DNA of 64,000 nucleotides, from contig JAKLKQ010000007.1 in the NCBI GenBank assembly GCA_023150555.1, positions 65,253 through 129,252 on the forward strand. Reading direction: 5' to 3'. This DNA is from Planctomycetota bacterium (GTDB lineage Bacteria; Planctomycetota; SZUA-567; H5-PLA8). How positions within the stretch are numbered: position 1 is the stretch's first letter; each line of letters begins with the position of its first letter. The position numbers were made by a program, and so were the translations under genes. Positions 34,559-45,299 of the stretch are shown here, piece after piece. The notes under the pieces were generated by a model. The model saw only the letters and a list, made by a program, of their open reading frames with translations. It was not told where the DNA came from and did not search any database.

Positions 34559-35680
34559 TCAACGCAGCGTCGCGGCCTGCTCCTTGCGCAGCGCTTCCTC
34601 GGGCTCGCCCTGCGCGATCAACCTGCTCTCGCCGCGCACGCCGACGAACTCCTGCGCGCGCGTAAACGCTTCCTCGATGTCCTTCGCATCCGGACGGTGC
34701 GCGGCGTACTTCACCATGTCGCTGGCTTCCAGGAAGCGGCTCAGCTGACGCGCCTTCTCGGCCACGAAGCGCCGGTCGGCCTGCATCGCGCGCAGGAACT
34801 CCTCGGTGGTCTGCTCCGGCGCGTGGATGCCGGTGATGCGTTCGATGTAGCGGCGCACGACGCCGGTCAGTTCGACGTAGAAATCCACGATCAGACCCTG
34901 CTCGGGCAGGTTGCGCTGCATCAATGCGAGCAGCTCCTGATAGGCGACCATTTCCGGAGACGGCGGCGGCGGAATAAAGATCGGCTCCTCGCGGCGCCTG
35001 AACGCGAAGTACGCGATCGTACCCAGGACCACGACCGTCCCCACGATGACCCAGGCCAGCCAACCGAAGCGCGGTTCGCCGGGCAGCGGCACCGGATCGG
35101 CCATGGGCTCGAGTTTCGCGAGGTCCGGCACGTCCTCGCCGAATTCGGAAGAGACCTCCAATTCCACCGGATCGAGTTCGATCGCGGAGGTCTTGCCCTT
35201 TGACTCGCTGCCTTCCCGGCGGTCGGTGAACTCGATGCGAATCGCGCGGACCAGGTGCTTCTCCGCGCAGGTCGGTTCGAGGCGGTACTCCCAGCGGCGA
35301 ACCGTCTTGCCGTCCTCGATGGCCGGCGCAGGCGAAGCGTAGTCCAGGATAGTGAAGTCGCCGACGGCGGCGGCAAAAGGAGGAGGCGCGATGTCCACCT
35401 GCGGTTCGGCGCGGACGGTGACGACCAGCGTCACGACGTCGCTCAAGCGCGGCTCCGCGGGCGTGACCTCCAGATGCGCGTGGACCGGACCGTTCTCCGC
35501 GTCGCGCGTGACATTCGCCGGCGCCGCAGCTTCATTCTCCGCCGGGCCGTCCTCGCCGGACGGCTCGGATTTCCCACACCCCGCCAAGACCAGGGCCAAA
35601 GCCAGCGCTGCCAACAGCACCGGCGCGGCGTCCGCCCGGCGGCGGCATTCCTCGGAGTATGGGCGCATCGGCATGTTCAT
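34559..35680 (-). CDS. Bat-operon lipoprotein / DUF4381-like membrane protein
   Basis: A lipobox LAGCG, a central TM (WLAWVIVGTVVVLGTIAYFAF) and a C-terminal helical domain sit in the position of the TM hypothetical upstream of batA in Bat operons. Confidence 0.45.
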   Translation of the reverse strand: MNMPMRPYSEECRRRADAAPVLLAALALALVLAGCGKSEPSGEDGPAENEAAAPANVTRDAENGPVHAHLEVTPAEPRLSDVVTLVVTVRAEPQVDIAPPPFAAAVGDFTILDYASPAPAIEDGKTVRRWEYRLEPTCAEKHLVRAIRIEFTDRREGSESKGKTSAIELDPVELEVSSEFGEDVPDLAKLEPMADPVPLPGEPRFGWLAWVIVGTVVVLGTIAYFAFRRREEPIFIPPPPSPEMVAYQELLALMQRNLPEQGLIVDFYVELTGVVRRYIERITGIHAPEQTTEEFLRAMQADRRFVAEKARQLSRFLEASDMVKYAAHRPDAKDIEEAFTRAQEFVGVRGESRLIAQGEPEEALRKEQAATLR

Positions 35681-37110
35681 TTCTGCGCGGGGGCCTTCTC
35701 CGGTTCGGGTCCTCGGCCGCGGCTATCGCCTTCCAGTATCACGCGGTAGCGCGCACGCAGGTCACGGACCAGCTCATCGCTCAATTCCCGCTGCCGGGTC
35801 TGCAGGCAGCGTGCGCGAACCTGCTCGGCGGCCTGCTCGAACGGCCGCACGGGGTCAATCTCGCGCGATTGCACCAGGAAGAGAAAGTGCCGGCCCTCGA
35901 CCTGCATCGGCGCGGAGACCCTGCCCGTCGGTTCGCCAAAGACGAAGGCGTCGAGGTCCACCGAATTCGGCAGGCCCAGCAGGCTGCCGCCCTGCTGGTA
36001 GGACGTGGAAAGCGCGCCGCCGTCCTTTTTGGTGGCCTCGTGGATCGAACTTGCCTTGGCGGCCTCCCGGAAAGCCGGCTCGCCGGCCTCCTTCAGCTTC
36101 GCAGCCAGGTCCAGGGCGTCCTTGGCTGAGGCGCATTCGATCAGCAGCAGCTTCGCATTCGATGGCCCGGTGAACTCGCTCTTGTGCCCGGCGTAGTAGT
36201 TCTTCAGGTCCTCGGGCGTCGCGACCAGCCGCGCGCCGATCTCCTTTTCAAGCACCGCCCGCTCCAGGAGCATGCGCTCGACCTGGCTCATGCGTCCCAG
36301 AAAGGCATCGTCGCGGTCCAGGCCCAATTCGCGGGCGCGCCTTACGAGCACTTCCTGCTGGAGCAGTTGGTTCAGGATCTCCTCGCGGTGCCGGGGCGCG
36401 CGCAACTCGGACAACAGCTGTTCGCGGGCTTGGGCGTCCATCCGCCCGCCCAGCATTGCGTCGACCTGGCCTTCGACAAGGCGATCCAGGTCTGCGGTGG
36501 TCACCGGCTCACCGTCGATGCGCGCGAGCACCTCTGCCTCGCCGGCCTCCGCGCCCGTGGTGCGCCGGCGCAGTTCGCGGCCGACTTCGCCCGAACGGCC
36601 TAGCTTGCCCAGGCAATCGACCAGGCGCAGCCCGATCTGGTGCTTGAGATTGTCGTCGCCGCCCTGCTTCAGGTCGCGCTCGGCGGCCACGTAAGACGCG
36701 GCTGCTTTTTCCGCGTCGCCGGCCTTCTCGAAGAGCGTCCCGGCGCGGTACATGAACTTGGCTCGCTTACCGGCGTCCGCTTGACCGCGCGCGACCGCGC
36801 GCCACTCGGCGGCGGCTTCAGACCACAGGCTGCGCTCTTCCAGGCGCAGGGCCAGGGCATCGTCCCCGGTCAGCGCGGAGCCGGACGCAGCGGACTCGGA
36901 CTCGGCGCCGGCGGACGAACCGCCGCCGGGGCGCAGCAGCAGGAGAACCAGGATGCCGAGATTCAGCAGGAGCACGAGAAAGACCAGCGAACGCCCGCCG
37001 GAAGGGGCAGGCGAAGCAGCGGACCTGGCGAGCGGGCCGGGTGCCGGAGCCAACTGGAGTTGAGGCGACGGGCCCGCGCCGGGTGCCTGATCGCCGCTGG
37101 TTTCGGACAT
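35677..37110 (-). CDS. membrane-anchored SurA/PrsA-like parvulin (PpiC-type) peptidyl-prolyl isomerase
   Basis: A TM anchor is followed by a SurA-N-like region (IDGEPVTTADLDRLV), then a PpiC rotamase-like region (...NAKLLLIECASAKDALDLAAKLKEAG...GGALSTSYQQGGSLLG...EGRHFLFLV). Confidence 0.55.
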   Translation of the reverse strand: MSETSGDQAPGAGPSPQLQLAPAPGPLARSAASPAPSGGRSLVFLVLLLNLGILVLLLLRPGGGSSAGAESESAASGSALTGDDALALRLEERSLWSEAAAEWRAVARGQADAGKRAKFMYRAGTLFEKAGDAEKAAASYVAAERDLKQGGDDNLKHQIGLRLVDCLGKLGRSGEVGRELRRRTTGAEAGEAEVLARIDGEPVTTADLDRLVEGQVDAMLGGRMDAQAREQLLSELRAPRHREEILNQLLQQEVLVRRARELGLDRDDAFLGRMSQVERMLLERAVLEKEIGARLVATPEDLKNYYAGHKSEFTGPSNAKLLLIECASAKDALDLAAKLKEAGEPAFREAAKASSIHEATKKDGGALSTSYQQGGSLLGLPNSVDLDAFVFGEPTGRVSAPMQVEGRHFLFLVQSREIDPVRPFEQAAEQVRARCLQTRQRELSDELVRDLRARYRVILEGDSRGRGPEPEKAPAQK

Positions 37111-37134
37111 AGCGATGTCTTTCTCTCCGGCGCG

Positions 37135-38022
37135 CTACCGAAAGCGGCGCTCGCGCATGCGGAAGAAGGCCTGCAGGGTCTGGGCGTACGGGCGGTCCGT
37201 CCGGATCTCCAGGCGGTCGACGCCCATGCGCCGCATGCCGGTCTCGAGCGCAAAACGGCGCCGCGCGGCAATCTGCTCGAAGAGGCGCCGGACCGCGCGG
37301 CTGCGCGTATCAAGTTCGCGGACCTCCCCGGTTTCGGCGTCCTCAAGGACGATGAAACCTACATCGGGCAGCGTCTCCTCGCGCGGGTCGGCGAGGTTCA
37401 TGGCGATCACGTCGTGGCGCAGGTTCGCGATGGCCAGGGCGCGGCTGCATTCGGGCCCCAGGAAATCGCTCATGACGAAGACCACGGCGCGGCGGCGCTG
37501 GACGCGCCGGATGAACTCCAGCGCGGCGCCGATGTCGGTGACTTCGCGCACGGGCTCGACGGCCAGCAGGTCGCGGATCAGCCGAAGGACGTTGCTGCGC
37601 CCCTTGCGCGGCGGGACGTAGCGGCGGACGCCGTCGGCAAAGAGCACCAGGCCGACCTTGTCGTTGTTCTTGAGCGCGCTGAACATCAGCACGGCCGCGA
37701 CATGGGCGGCAGTCTCGAGCATGCTCCGGCTGTGGCTGCCGAACATGCCGGACGCGGAGATGTCCACGGCCAGCAGCACGGTCAGTTCGCGCTCCTCGCA
37801 GAAGCGCTTCACGTACGGATGGCCGGTGCGTGCGGTGACGTTCCAGTCGATGCTGCGGATCTCGTCGCCGGGCACGTATTCGCGGACTTCCTCGAAGACC
37901 ATGCCGCGGCCCTTAAAGGCCGACAGGTACCCGCCGGCCAGGAAGTCGTTGACCTGGCGGCTGGCGGTGATCTGGATGCGGCGGACTTCCTTGAGTATTT
38001 CCGCGATTTCGCGCTGCGGCAT
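37135..38022 (-). CDS. DUF58-family protein (MoxR-associated VWA-like)
   Basis: The start MPQREIAEILK is at 38022, 12 nt after the moxR stop. ...GGYLSAFKGRGMVFEEVREYVPGDEIRSIDWNVTAR...LLAVDISASM... is the typical DUF58 sequence. Confidence 0.85.
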   Translation of the reverse strand: MPQREIAEILKEVRRIQITASRQVNDFLAGGYLSAFKGRGMVFEEVREYVPGDEIRSIDWNVTARTGHPYVKRFCEERELTVLLAVDISASGMFGSHSRSMLETAAHVAAVLMFSALKNNDKVGLVLFADGVRRYVPPRKGRSNVLRLIRDLLAVEPVREVTDIGAALEFIRRVQRRRAVVFVMSDFLGPECSRALAIANLRHDVIAMNLADPREETLPDVGFIVLEDAETGEVRELDTRSRAVRRLFEQIAARRRFALETGMRRMGVDRLEIRTDRPYAQTLQAFFRMRERRFR

Positions 38023-38033
38023 GGACAGAACCC

Positions 38034-39026
<993 letters not shown>

Positions 39027-39165
39027 GTCCCTTCCTCGAACCCGTTTACAAACCTGGAGTTGCCGGCAAGCAGCGTATTACACCGCGCCTGTCAAAGCGA
39101 CGCCGAAAAAGCCGCGCCCTTCAGGGCCGAAACGCCAGAAGAGCGGGCCGCCCGATGAAAAAGGA

Positions 39166-41109
39166 TTACGCGGGGCTTCTGGTCTTTACCTCGGTACTCC
39201 ACGTCTCGTTCCGGGTCTCGGTCTGGCCGCCGGCCATCTCCTTGTCGGTAACGTCCAGGCCGACGGAGATCAGGTTCCCGTTCGGCAGGCGGAAATTGGC
39301 CCACTGCTGCCTGCGAGGCGAACCGTCCTTGGCGCGCACGGTGTAAGGCCGGAACGTCCCATCGCCCGATTCGACGGCCTTCCACACCACGTCGCGGACC
39401 TTCGGATCGGCGTAGAAGAGGGCCATCGGGTCGGCGCAGGCCATCACCTCCTCGGACTTCCAGCCCAGGTACTTCTCGCATTCCTTGTTCCACAGGATGC
39501 AGCGCCGGTCTGCGTCGAACCCGTCGATCATCACCGGGGCGTGCTCGAGGATGGTCTGGAAGCGCTGTTCGCTCTCCGCCAGCTTCTCGTCCGCTTTTCG
39601 CCGGTTCGAGATGTCGGTGCTGACACCCAGCACAGTCTCCACGCGGCCATCCCGGATCAGCGGCACCAGGCGAACGATGTAGGTTCGTTTGAAGAGGTCC
39701 GCGAGTTCCAGTTCCTGGCGCTCCGCGGTGCGGAAGACCTGTTCCACCGCGCAGCGGAACGCCGTCCGGTGGGGCGGGTGGATGAACTGGTCCGCGCGCT
39801 GCCCGATGACCTGGTCCTTCTTGTAGCCGGTCGCCACGTGGTTGATGTAGAGGATGGTCAGGTTGGCGTCGTACAGGAGAATATTGCTGGGTACGTTCTC
39901 CAGCAGCTTACGGTTACGCTCTTCGCTGGAACGGATCGTCTCCTCCATCTGCCGGCGCTCGGTGATGTCGCGGACGATGATCGCGATGCGCACCACCTTG
40001 CCGTGGCGGTCCTTGATCGGGTGCGCGATGGTGTCGAAGAACCGGCCGTTGCGCTGATCTTCCTCGCGCATCGGCGCGCCGGTGCGAACGATCTCGGCGG
40101 CGTAGGCTTTCCGCTGCTCGGCGATCTCCTTCGGGAAATGGTTCCAGAGTATCTTGCCCACCATGTCCTCGGGGCGCGTGCGCATGTGCTTGGCCATCGT
40201 CTCGTTGACGGCCAGCACCCGCCCGTCGGGCTCGATCAACACCGACAATTCGAACGGCGTATTGAGAACTACGCGCGTCGTCTCCTCGCTCTCGCTGAGC
40301 GCCTGCAGAAGGTTCTCGCGCTCGGTGATGTCGTGAAAGACCGTGCTCACGCCGGACACGGTTCCGTCGTCCAGCCGCAACGGGAAGTGGCTCAACAGCG
40401 CGACGAATTCCTCCTGCGGGCGCGACGGGAGACGCCCCCGCAGTTCCAGGTCGAAGACCGGTTCGCCGGTCTCGATCACCTGCCGCAGCATGGGCTCGAC
40501 GGCATCGGCCAGGTCCGGCAGAATCTCCCGCACCGTCCGGCCGAAGTGTTCGTCCACCGAACGCCCGCTGAGCTCCGCCATCAAGCCGTTGACGCGGATG
40601 TACTGCAGGTTGGTGTCCACCATGCACAGGCCGACCGGCACCGTGCGATAGTGGTGTTCCAGTTCGGCAAATCGCTTGCGCGCGCGCTCCTCGCTCTGCT
40701 TCAGCGCATTCCGCGTGCGGATGCGCTTGGCCCGGATCCGCGCCCAGCGCTGCGCGACCTCCAGCCGCACCCGCAGGCGTTCGACATCAAGCGGCTCGCT
40801 CAGGCAATCGTGTGCGCCGGCGTCCAAGGCCTCGGCGACCACGGCCACCCGGGGCTCGCTCAGCAACGCGACGACCTGTGGCGTATGCGAATCGCCTTCG
40901 TGGCCAATCTCTCCGCACAGCTTCAGTTTTTCCGCTTGGTCCGACGCGCTTCCCCGCAGGTCCACCAGCAAAACGGCAAACTCCTCCGCCGCAAGCGCAT
41001 CGGCGGTCTCTTCCGCCGTCCGGCAGAAGACCGCTTCATAGCCCAGCGAGGCCACCAGGGGCTCAAGGCTGGCCGGTCCGGCCGAGGCACTCCATAATAG
41101 GATCTTCAT
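39166..41109 (-). CDS. response-regulator receiver domain protein with four PAS domains and no recognisable output domain
   Basis: The N-terminus is REC-like (KILLW...VLLVDL...). Repeated PAS cores follow, each ending ...DITERxx (FHDITEREN, VRDITERRQ, STDISNRRK). Confidence 0.7.
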   Translation of the reverse strand: MKILLWSASAGPASLEPLVASLGYEAVFCRTAEETADALAAEEFAVLLVDLRGSASDQAEKLKLCGEIGHEGDSHTPQVVALLSEPRVAVVAEALDAGAHDCLSEPLDVERLRVRLEVAQRWARIRAKRIRTRNALKQSEERARKRFAELEHHYRTVPVGLCMVDTNLQYIRVNGLMAELSGRSVDEHFGRTVREILPDLADAVEPMLRQVIETGEPVFDLELRGRLPSRPQEEFVALLSHFPLRLDDGTVSGVSTVFHDITERENLLQALSESEETTRVVLNTPFELSVLIEPDGRVLAVNETMAKHMRTRPEDMVGKILWNHFPKEIAEQRKAYAAEIVRTGAPMREEDQRNGRFFDTIAHPIKDRHGKVVRIAIIVRDITERRQMEETIRSSEERNRKLLENVPSNILLYDANLTILYINHVATGYKKDQVIGQRADQFIHPPHRTAFRCAVEQVFRTAERQELELADLFKRTYIVRLVPLIRDGRVETVLGVSTDISNRRKADEKLAESEQRFQTILEHAPVMIDGFDADRRCILWNKECEKYLGWKSEEVMACADPMALFYADPKVRDVVWKAVESGDGTFRPYTVRAKDGSPRRQQWANFRLPNGNLISVGLDVTDKEMAGGQTETRNETWSTEVKTRSPA

Positions 41110-41469
41110 ATCCCAATTCCTTCACGGTCATGTCGTCAACTGGATAGGTCGCTGCGTCCCATCGGCACAGCTAAGTATAGGGCACCTCGTGAAAATGTCA
41201 CCGGGCGTCTGGGGCCGTTTCAAATCGAGTAACGCACCTGCGCAATGGTCATAACCTGCCGCTCATATTTGAATAACGCACTCCAAATCGCGGGTTCGAG
41301 TGCCGAAATCACAATGCGCATTACGATCCCGGCCGCCTGAGTCCAGGAAATGAGGAAGGTGGCGGCTTGAACCTCGAGGAATTCCGGGGTATCGTCGGTG
41401 GTTCAGTCTGGTTGAGAAGCACCCTGCCCAGCATCGCAGGATCATCGTAGATCCGACAGGAACAGACCG

Positions 41470-42156
41470 ATGAGCAACCCGCGAACCGACGAAGCACTCG
41501 ACGCCGCACCGCGCCGCACCCGCGGCCGGCCGCCGAATCTCGAACTTCGCAACGCCAAACACAGCCGCATGCTCGACGCAGCCTTCGCGCTGTTCACGCA
41601 GAACGGCTACGACCAGGTGACCGTCGAAGAGATCGCGCGGGGCAGCAGCCAGTCCAAGGGCGCCTTCTACTGGTACTTCAAGGATAAGGAAGACTGCTTG
41701 CGCCAGGTGTTGCAGGAAAAGACCCGGCAGCTCGAGGAAATGCTGACCGAGGTCGTGCTGGCCCAGCCCACCGCGCGCGAGCAGCTGATGGGCATCGCAG
41801 ACTTCGAACAGTGGGTCGGCCAGGATCTCTTCCAGATCGTCGTGCTGCTGAACCACATGCAGCACTGCAGCTCGTCGGTCGCGCGCGACATGGCCAAGGA
41901 AATCGAGTCCCAGTGGATTCACGGCGCACGCCGGATGCTCTGCGACCTCGGCCGCAAGGCGGCCAAGGAGCAGGGCTGGTCCAAAGAACAAGCCGATGCC
42001 TTTGACTTCGAGTCCTGGAGCCTCTGCTGCCTTGCGAGCTGCGAGGGTCTGCTGCACCGCGCCCAGCAGTCGCCGGAGACCATGATCGAGCCGCGCCGCC
42101 TTACGTCCACGTTCCGCTCGATCTTCCTTGAGCCCTTCCTGCACGAGCCGAAGTAG
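41470..42156 (+). CDS. TetR/AcrR-family transcriptional regulator
   Basis: The N-terminal HTH is RMLDAAFALFTQNGYDQVTVEEIARGSSQSKGAFYWYFKDKEDCL. Confidence 0.85.
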   Translation: MSNPRTDEALDAAPRRTRGRPPNLELRNAKHSRMLDAAFALFTQNGYDQVTVEEIARGSSQSKGAFYWYFKDKEDCLRQVLQEKTRQLEEMLTEVVLAQPTAREQLMGIADFEQWVGQDLFQIVVLLNHMQHCSSSVARDMAKEIESQWIHGARRMLCDLGRKAAKEQGWSKEQADAFDFESWSLCCLASCEGLLHRAQQSPETMIEPRRLTSTFRSIFLEPFLHEPK

Positions 42157-42168
42157 CGACGACGCCGC

Positions 42169-42624
42169 TCACGTCAGCGGCGGACCCACGAATTCGATGC
42201 CGAACTTCATCGCGATCTCCGCCAAGGCCGCGATCTGTTCCGGCGTCGGGGCACTCGCCGGCGGCATACCGTCCCCTTGTGCGGGGCGGGCCACCGCCTT
42301 CACGAAACGCTCGAAATCCGTGTGGGCCGTAACCGTGATAAACCGCGCGCCGCCGGGCGAAATCACCCGGTAGCCGTGCGGCACGTTCTTGGTCGCGCAG
42401 AACGAATCGCCCGCCTTGGCCCGGCGCTCCTGGCCACCGACAATCACGCGCAGTTCACCTTCCAGCACGACGAAGACCTCATCTTCGGTGCGATGAAGAT
42501 GCAGCGGCGGCGCGTCACCCATCGACACCCGGTGATCCAGCACCGATAGTCCGTCCGGGCCTTCCGTATGCGAAGCCCGCACGACAACGAGGCTGTTCAG
42601 GAACCAGTAACGTTCATTAGCCAT
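42169..42624 (-). CDS. cupin-domain protein
   Basis: HLHRTEDEVFVVLEGELRV...GDSF..TKNVPHGY shows the cupin motifs 1 and 2. Confidence 0.7.
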   Translation of the reverse strand: MANERYWFLNSLVVVRASHTEGPDGLSVLDHRVSMGDAPPLHLHRTEDEVFVVLEGELRVIVGGQERRAKAGDSFCATKNVPHGYRVISPGGARFITVTAHTDFERFVKAVARPAQGDGMPPASAPTPEQIAALAEIAMKFGIEFVGPPLT

Positions 42625-42634
42625 GGCGTGCGCC

Positions 42635-42835
42635 TTAGTCGTGATGGTCCGCGGGACGCAGGTTCTCGGCGCCCTTCAATCGCCCGATCAGTTGCGCCGG
42701 ATCATGGATCAGAACGGGCATGTGCTGCGGGCAGATCCAGAGCTTCCCGCCCTGGTAGTGCAGGTTGATCAAGGGCGTCTGGTGCTCGTCTCGATTGCAG
42801 AACAAGCAGGCTTTTTCTTTCTTCGGTTCGCTCAT
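42635..42835 (-). CDS. small hypothetical protein with CxxC...CxxH cluster
   Basis: 66 aa: MSEPKKEKACLFCNRDEHQTPLINLHYQGGKLWICPQHMPV... Confidence 0.25.
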   Translation of the reverse strand: MSEPKKEKACLFCNRDEHQTPLINLHYQGGKLWICPQHMPVLIHDPAQLIGRLKGAENLRPADHHD

Positions 42836-42877
42836 GGCGTCTCTCCTAAACGATCGAACGGTCGTAATGCCCCTGCG

Positions 42878-43312
42878 TCATTCCTTTTCGCCAAAGATAA
42901 CGCGGTCGAGCGAGAAACGCCCCGAACCGGCCAGCAGGAAAAGCAAAGCAATGCAGAAGTACACGGCTGCCAACTCGTACGAGGCCCCCGGCCCCTGCGG
43001 AACGAACGGGTCGCCGCGCACTACGGCATGAAAGTGGGCCGCGACGGCCATGGTGCAGAGCAGGCCAAGGGACGCCAGCCGGGTAAGCAGACCCAACATC
43101 CACGCCAGCCCGCCACCGAACTCCGAGATCGCAGCCAAGGCCAGAAAAACCCCCGGAATGGCGCTGTCCGGCCCCGCCCAGCCTGTGGGATTCTGGATTT
43201 TTCCCCAGCCATGGTGCATGAAAGCCAGTCCGGCCACCAGGCGCAGGACCAGGAAGCCGGTGGAGGCGGCGGCCGACAGACGCGGTGTCTTGAACAGATC
43301 GAGCGGCTTCAT
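42878..43312 (-). CDS. DoxX-family membrane protein
   Basis: The start MKPLDLFK is at 43312. Four TM helices include HHGWGKI, the DoxX pattern. Confidence 0.7.
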   Translation of the reverse strand: MKPLDLFKTPRLSAAASTGFLVLRLVAGLAFMHHGWGKIQNPTGWAGPDSAIPGVFLALAAISEFGGGLAWMLGLLTRLASLGLLCTMAVAAHFHAVVRGDPFVPQGPGASYELAAVYFCIALLFLLAGSGRFSLDRVIFGEKE

Positions 43313-43379
43313 CAATGGTCTCCAAGAGGGTCCTGCATGGTAGCACTCTCTCCCATTCCTGCTAACACAGGCGGCCGCG

Positions 43380-45299
43380 TCAGCACGGTCGCGCACATTC
43401 CGGCTTCACGAACGCCTTGATAACCTTCGCCTCGCCGAGGCCGGTATTCACCAACCGGTATGACCCGGCCGCGGCCGGCACGACAAAGGTCTCGGCGTAG
43501 TTCACCCGCAACCCCGCGCCAGCGGACGTCTCGACCCTCACCGGGCCGCCCTCGACGACGTTCAACACATGGCAGGCGTCTTCCGAGCGCACGTCCACCG
43601 CAGTAATGAATTCGTAGCGCTCGACGTCGTAAAAGTGTGCGCGGTGCGTCGGCAGGCGAATGCGCTTCCACCCGTCGCCGCGCGCGATTTCCCGCGGCAC
43701 ACTGACAAGCTCGGCGCGTACTTTCGGGCCTTGGCGCCCAAAGCACAGGTTGTCCATCGCGCGGGCGATATTCAGGGGGCGCGGCCGCCCGTCCAGGTCC
43801 AGGCGCTGCCAGTCGTACATCTTGAAGGTGAAGATGTACGGCGTCGCACTGATCTCCAGAACGACGTTGCCGGCGCCGCTGCAATGGATCGTGCCATTGG
43901 GAATCAGAAAGAGATAGTGTTTGTGCGCAGGCTCCACGTTCACGAAGCGCTCGGCGTCCAGCGGCACGGCCTCCCGGTAGCTCTTCTCCAGCGCCGCGCG
44001 GAAGGCCTGCGGATCGACGCCTTCGCGAAAGCCCAGGTACACCTGCGCGCCCGGCTTGCAGTCGAGGATGTAATACGTCTCATCCTGCGTGAAGGGTTCC
44101 CCGAAGTTCGAGCGGATGAACTCGGGACGCGGGTGGCACTGCACCGACAGGTTGCCGCCCTCGACGGTATCGAGATAATCGAAGCGAATCGGAAAGTCGA
44201 AGCCGAAGCGCGCAGCGGCCGTACCCAGTACCGCCTCGTGCGCGTGGAACATCAGCAGGTCGAAGCTGCACTCCAGCAGCCGGCTCTGGTGCTCGACGAG
44301 CAGTCCGTTCTCCGGCGCGATCAGTTCGAACGACCATGCGTAGTTTGCCGCACCCTGCGGCAGTTGCGGAACCTTTTTTTTCAGCCATTGCCCACCCCAA
44401 GGCCCGGGCTCGAACCACGGCCGCGGGCGAAAGGGTGCATGCGCCATGCGCTCCAGCGTCGCGCGCAAGTCGGCGCCTACCATCGACGAAGGTTCGGACG
44501 GCCGCTGCGCGTCGACGAAATAGCCGATGCGGGGAAGCAGCGCGCGTTTGTGCGCATTCAGCGCGGGCCAGTCGACGAAGTACGAACGCTTGTAGGCGGG
44601 CTTCGGGTCCGTGGCCTTGTGCATGCCCACGTTCGCAACGCTGCCGGCGCGCGCGCGGAACTGGATCTCGTTCTTGGGCACGTCGAGATACACCAGCGGG
44701 CCGGCCCAAACCTCCACATTGCACAACGCCGCACCGCAGCCGTAGCAGATACTCAGCTTCGCGCCGCCGGGGCGCAGGGCCTTCAGCCTGGCTGCGTCGA
44801 AGAACGCACAAAGCTCCCCGTCGAAGCGCATGCCGAAGATCGGGTCGTCGCCGCCCAGGTACGGCGCAACGTGCCGCTCGATCTCGTGCTCAGGCAGGAG
44901 CGCGTCGTCGATACAGACCCACTCGGCCTCGACGCCCAAGGCTTTCAGCGCCGCGTCCAAACCCTGGCGAAAGTCGCTCCAAAGCACGCCTGCGTATCCA
45001 TCGATGACCGCGTGCCGGTGCCGCGCCAACGCACGAGCGAGGTATCCGAACCCTGGGTAAATCTCGCCGGCGGCGGGAAAGGCCGGGTAGAGGTCGTAGG
45101 CTCCGTCCGGCGGCGAGGGACGCTTCGAGGGTAATAGGTCCTGCGTGGTTTTTCGGAAGGACATGATCTTCGATTTCGTCCCCGGCGTCCGTGGCTCGGC
45201 GAGTCGCCTGCCCGCCTCCTTTATCAGGGGATTCACGCAGGGCGGCAAGAGCCTTCCGCGCAGCAGATCCTTTTGTGCGGCGGCATCAGCCCACGCCAA
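43380..45299 (-). CDS. large cupin protein with class-I mannose-6-phosphate isomerase-like core
   Basis: ...LSVQCHPRPEFIRSNFGEPFTQDETYYILDC...VYLGFREG resembles the type I PMI QVHP/metal-binding region. The rest has no family assignable by eye. The start may be MSFRKT at 45164. Confidence 0.4.
   Translation of the reverse strand: MAWADAAAQKDLLRGRLLPPCVNPLIKEAGRRLAEPRTPGTKSKIMSFRKTTQDLLPSKRPSPPDGAYDLYPAFPAAGEIYPGFGYLARALARHRHAVIDGYAGVLWSDFRQGLDAALKALGVEAEWVCIDDALLPEHEIERHVAPYLGGDDPIFGMRFDGELCAFFDAARLKALRPGGAKLSICYGCGAALCNVEVWAGPLVYLDVPKNEIQFRARAGSVANVGMHKATDPKPAYKRSYFVDWPALNAHKRALLPRIGYFVDAQRPSEPSSMVGADLRATLERMAHAPFRPRPWFEPGPWGGQWLKKKVPQLPQGAANYAWSFELIAPENGLLVEHQSRLLECSFDLLMFHAHEAVLGTAAARFGFDFPIRFDYLDTVEGGNLSVQCHPRPEFIRSNFGEPFTQDETYYILDCKPGAQVYLGFREGVDPQAFRAALEKSYREAVPLDAERFVNVEPAHKHYLFLIPNGTIHCSGAGNVVLEISATPYIFTFKMYDWQRLDLDGRPRPLNIARAMDNLCFGRQGPKVRAELVSVPREIARGDGWKRIRLPTHRAHFYDVERYEFITAVDVRSEDACHVLNVVEGGPVRVETSAGAGLRVNYAETFVVPAAAGSYRLVNTGLGEAKVIKAFVKPECARPC

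Noticed and set aside
41263-42144. 293-aa minus ORF opposite tetR, and 'ggttcgagtgcc' tRNA T-arm-like string at ~41288
   Set aside because: The minus ORF is antisense to a convincing TetR HTH protein. The tRNA-like string has no complementary T-stem or acceptor partner, so no tRNA or att site is supported.
43569-45134. 521-aa + ORF
   Set aside because: It is antisense to the PMI-like cupin gene, with Arg/Ala/Val-rich composition.
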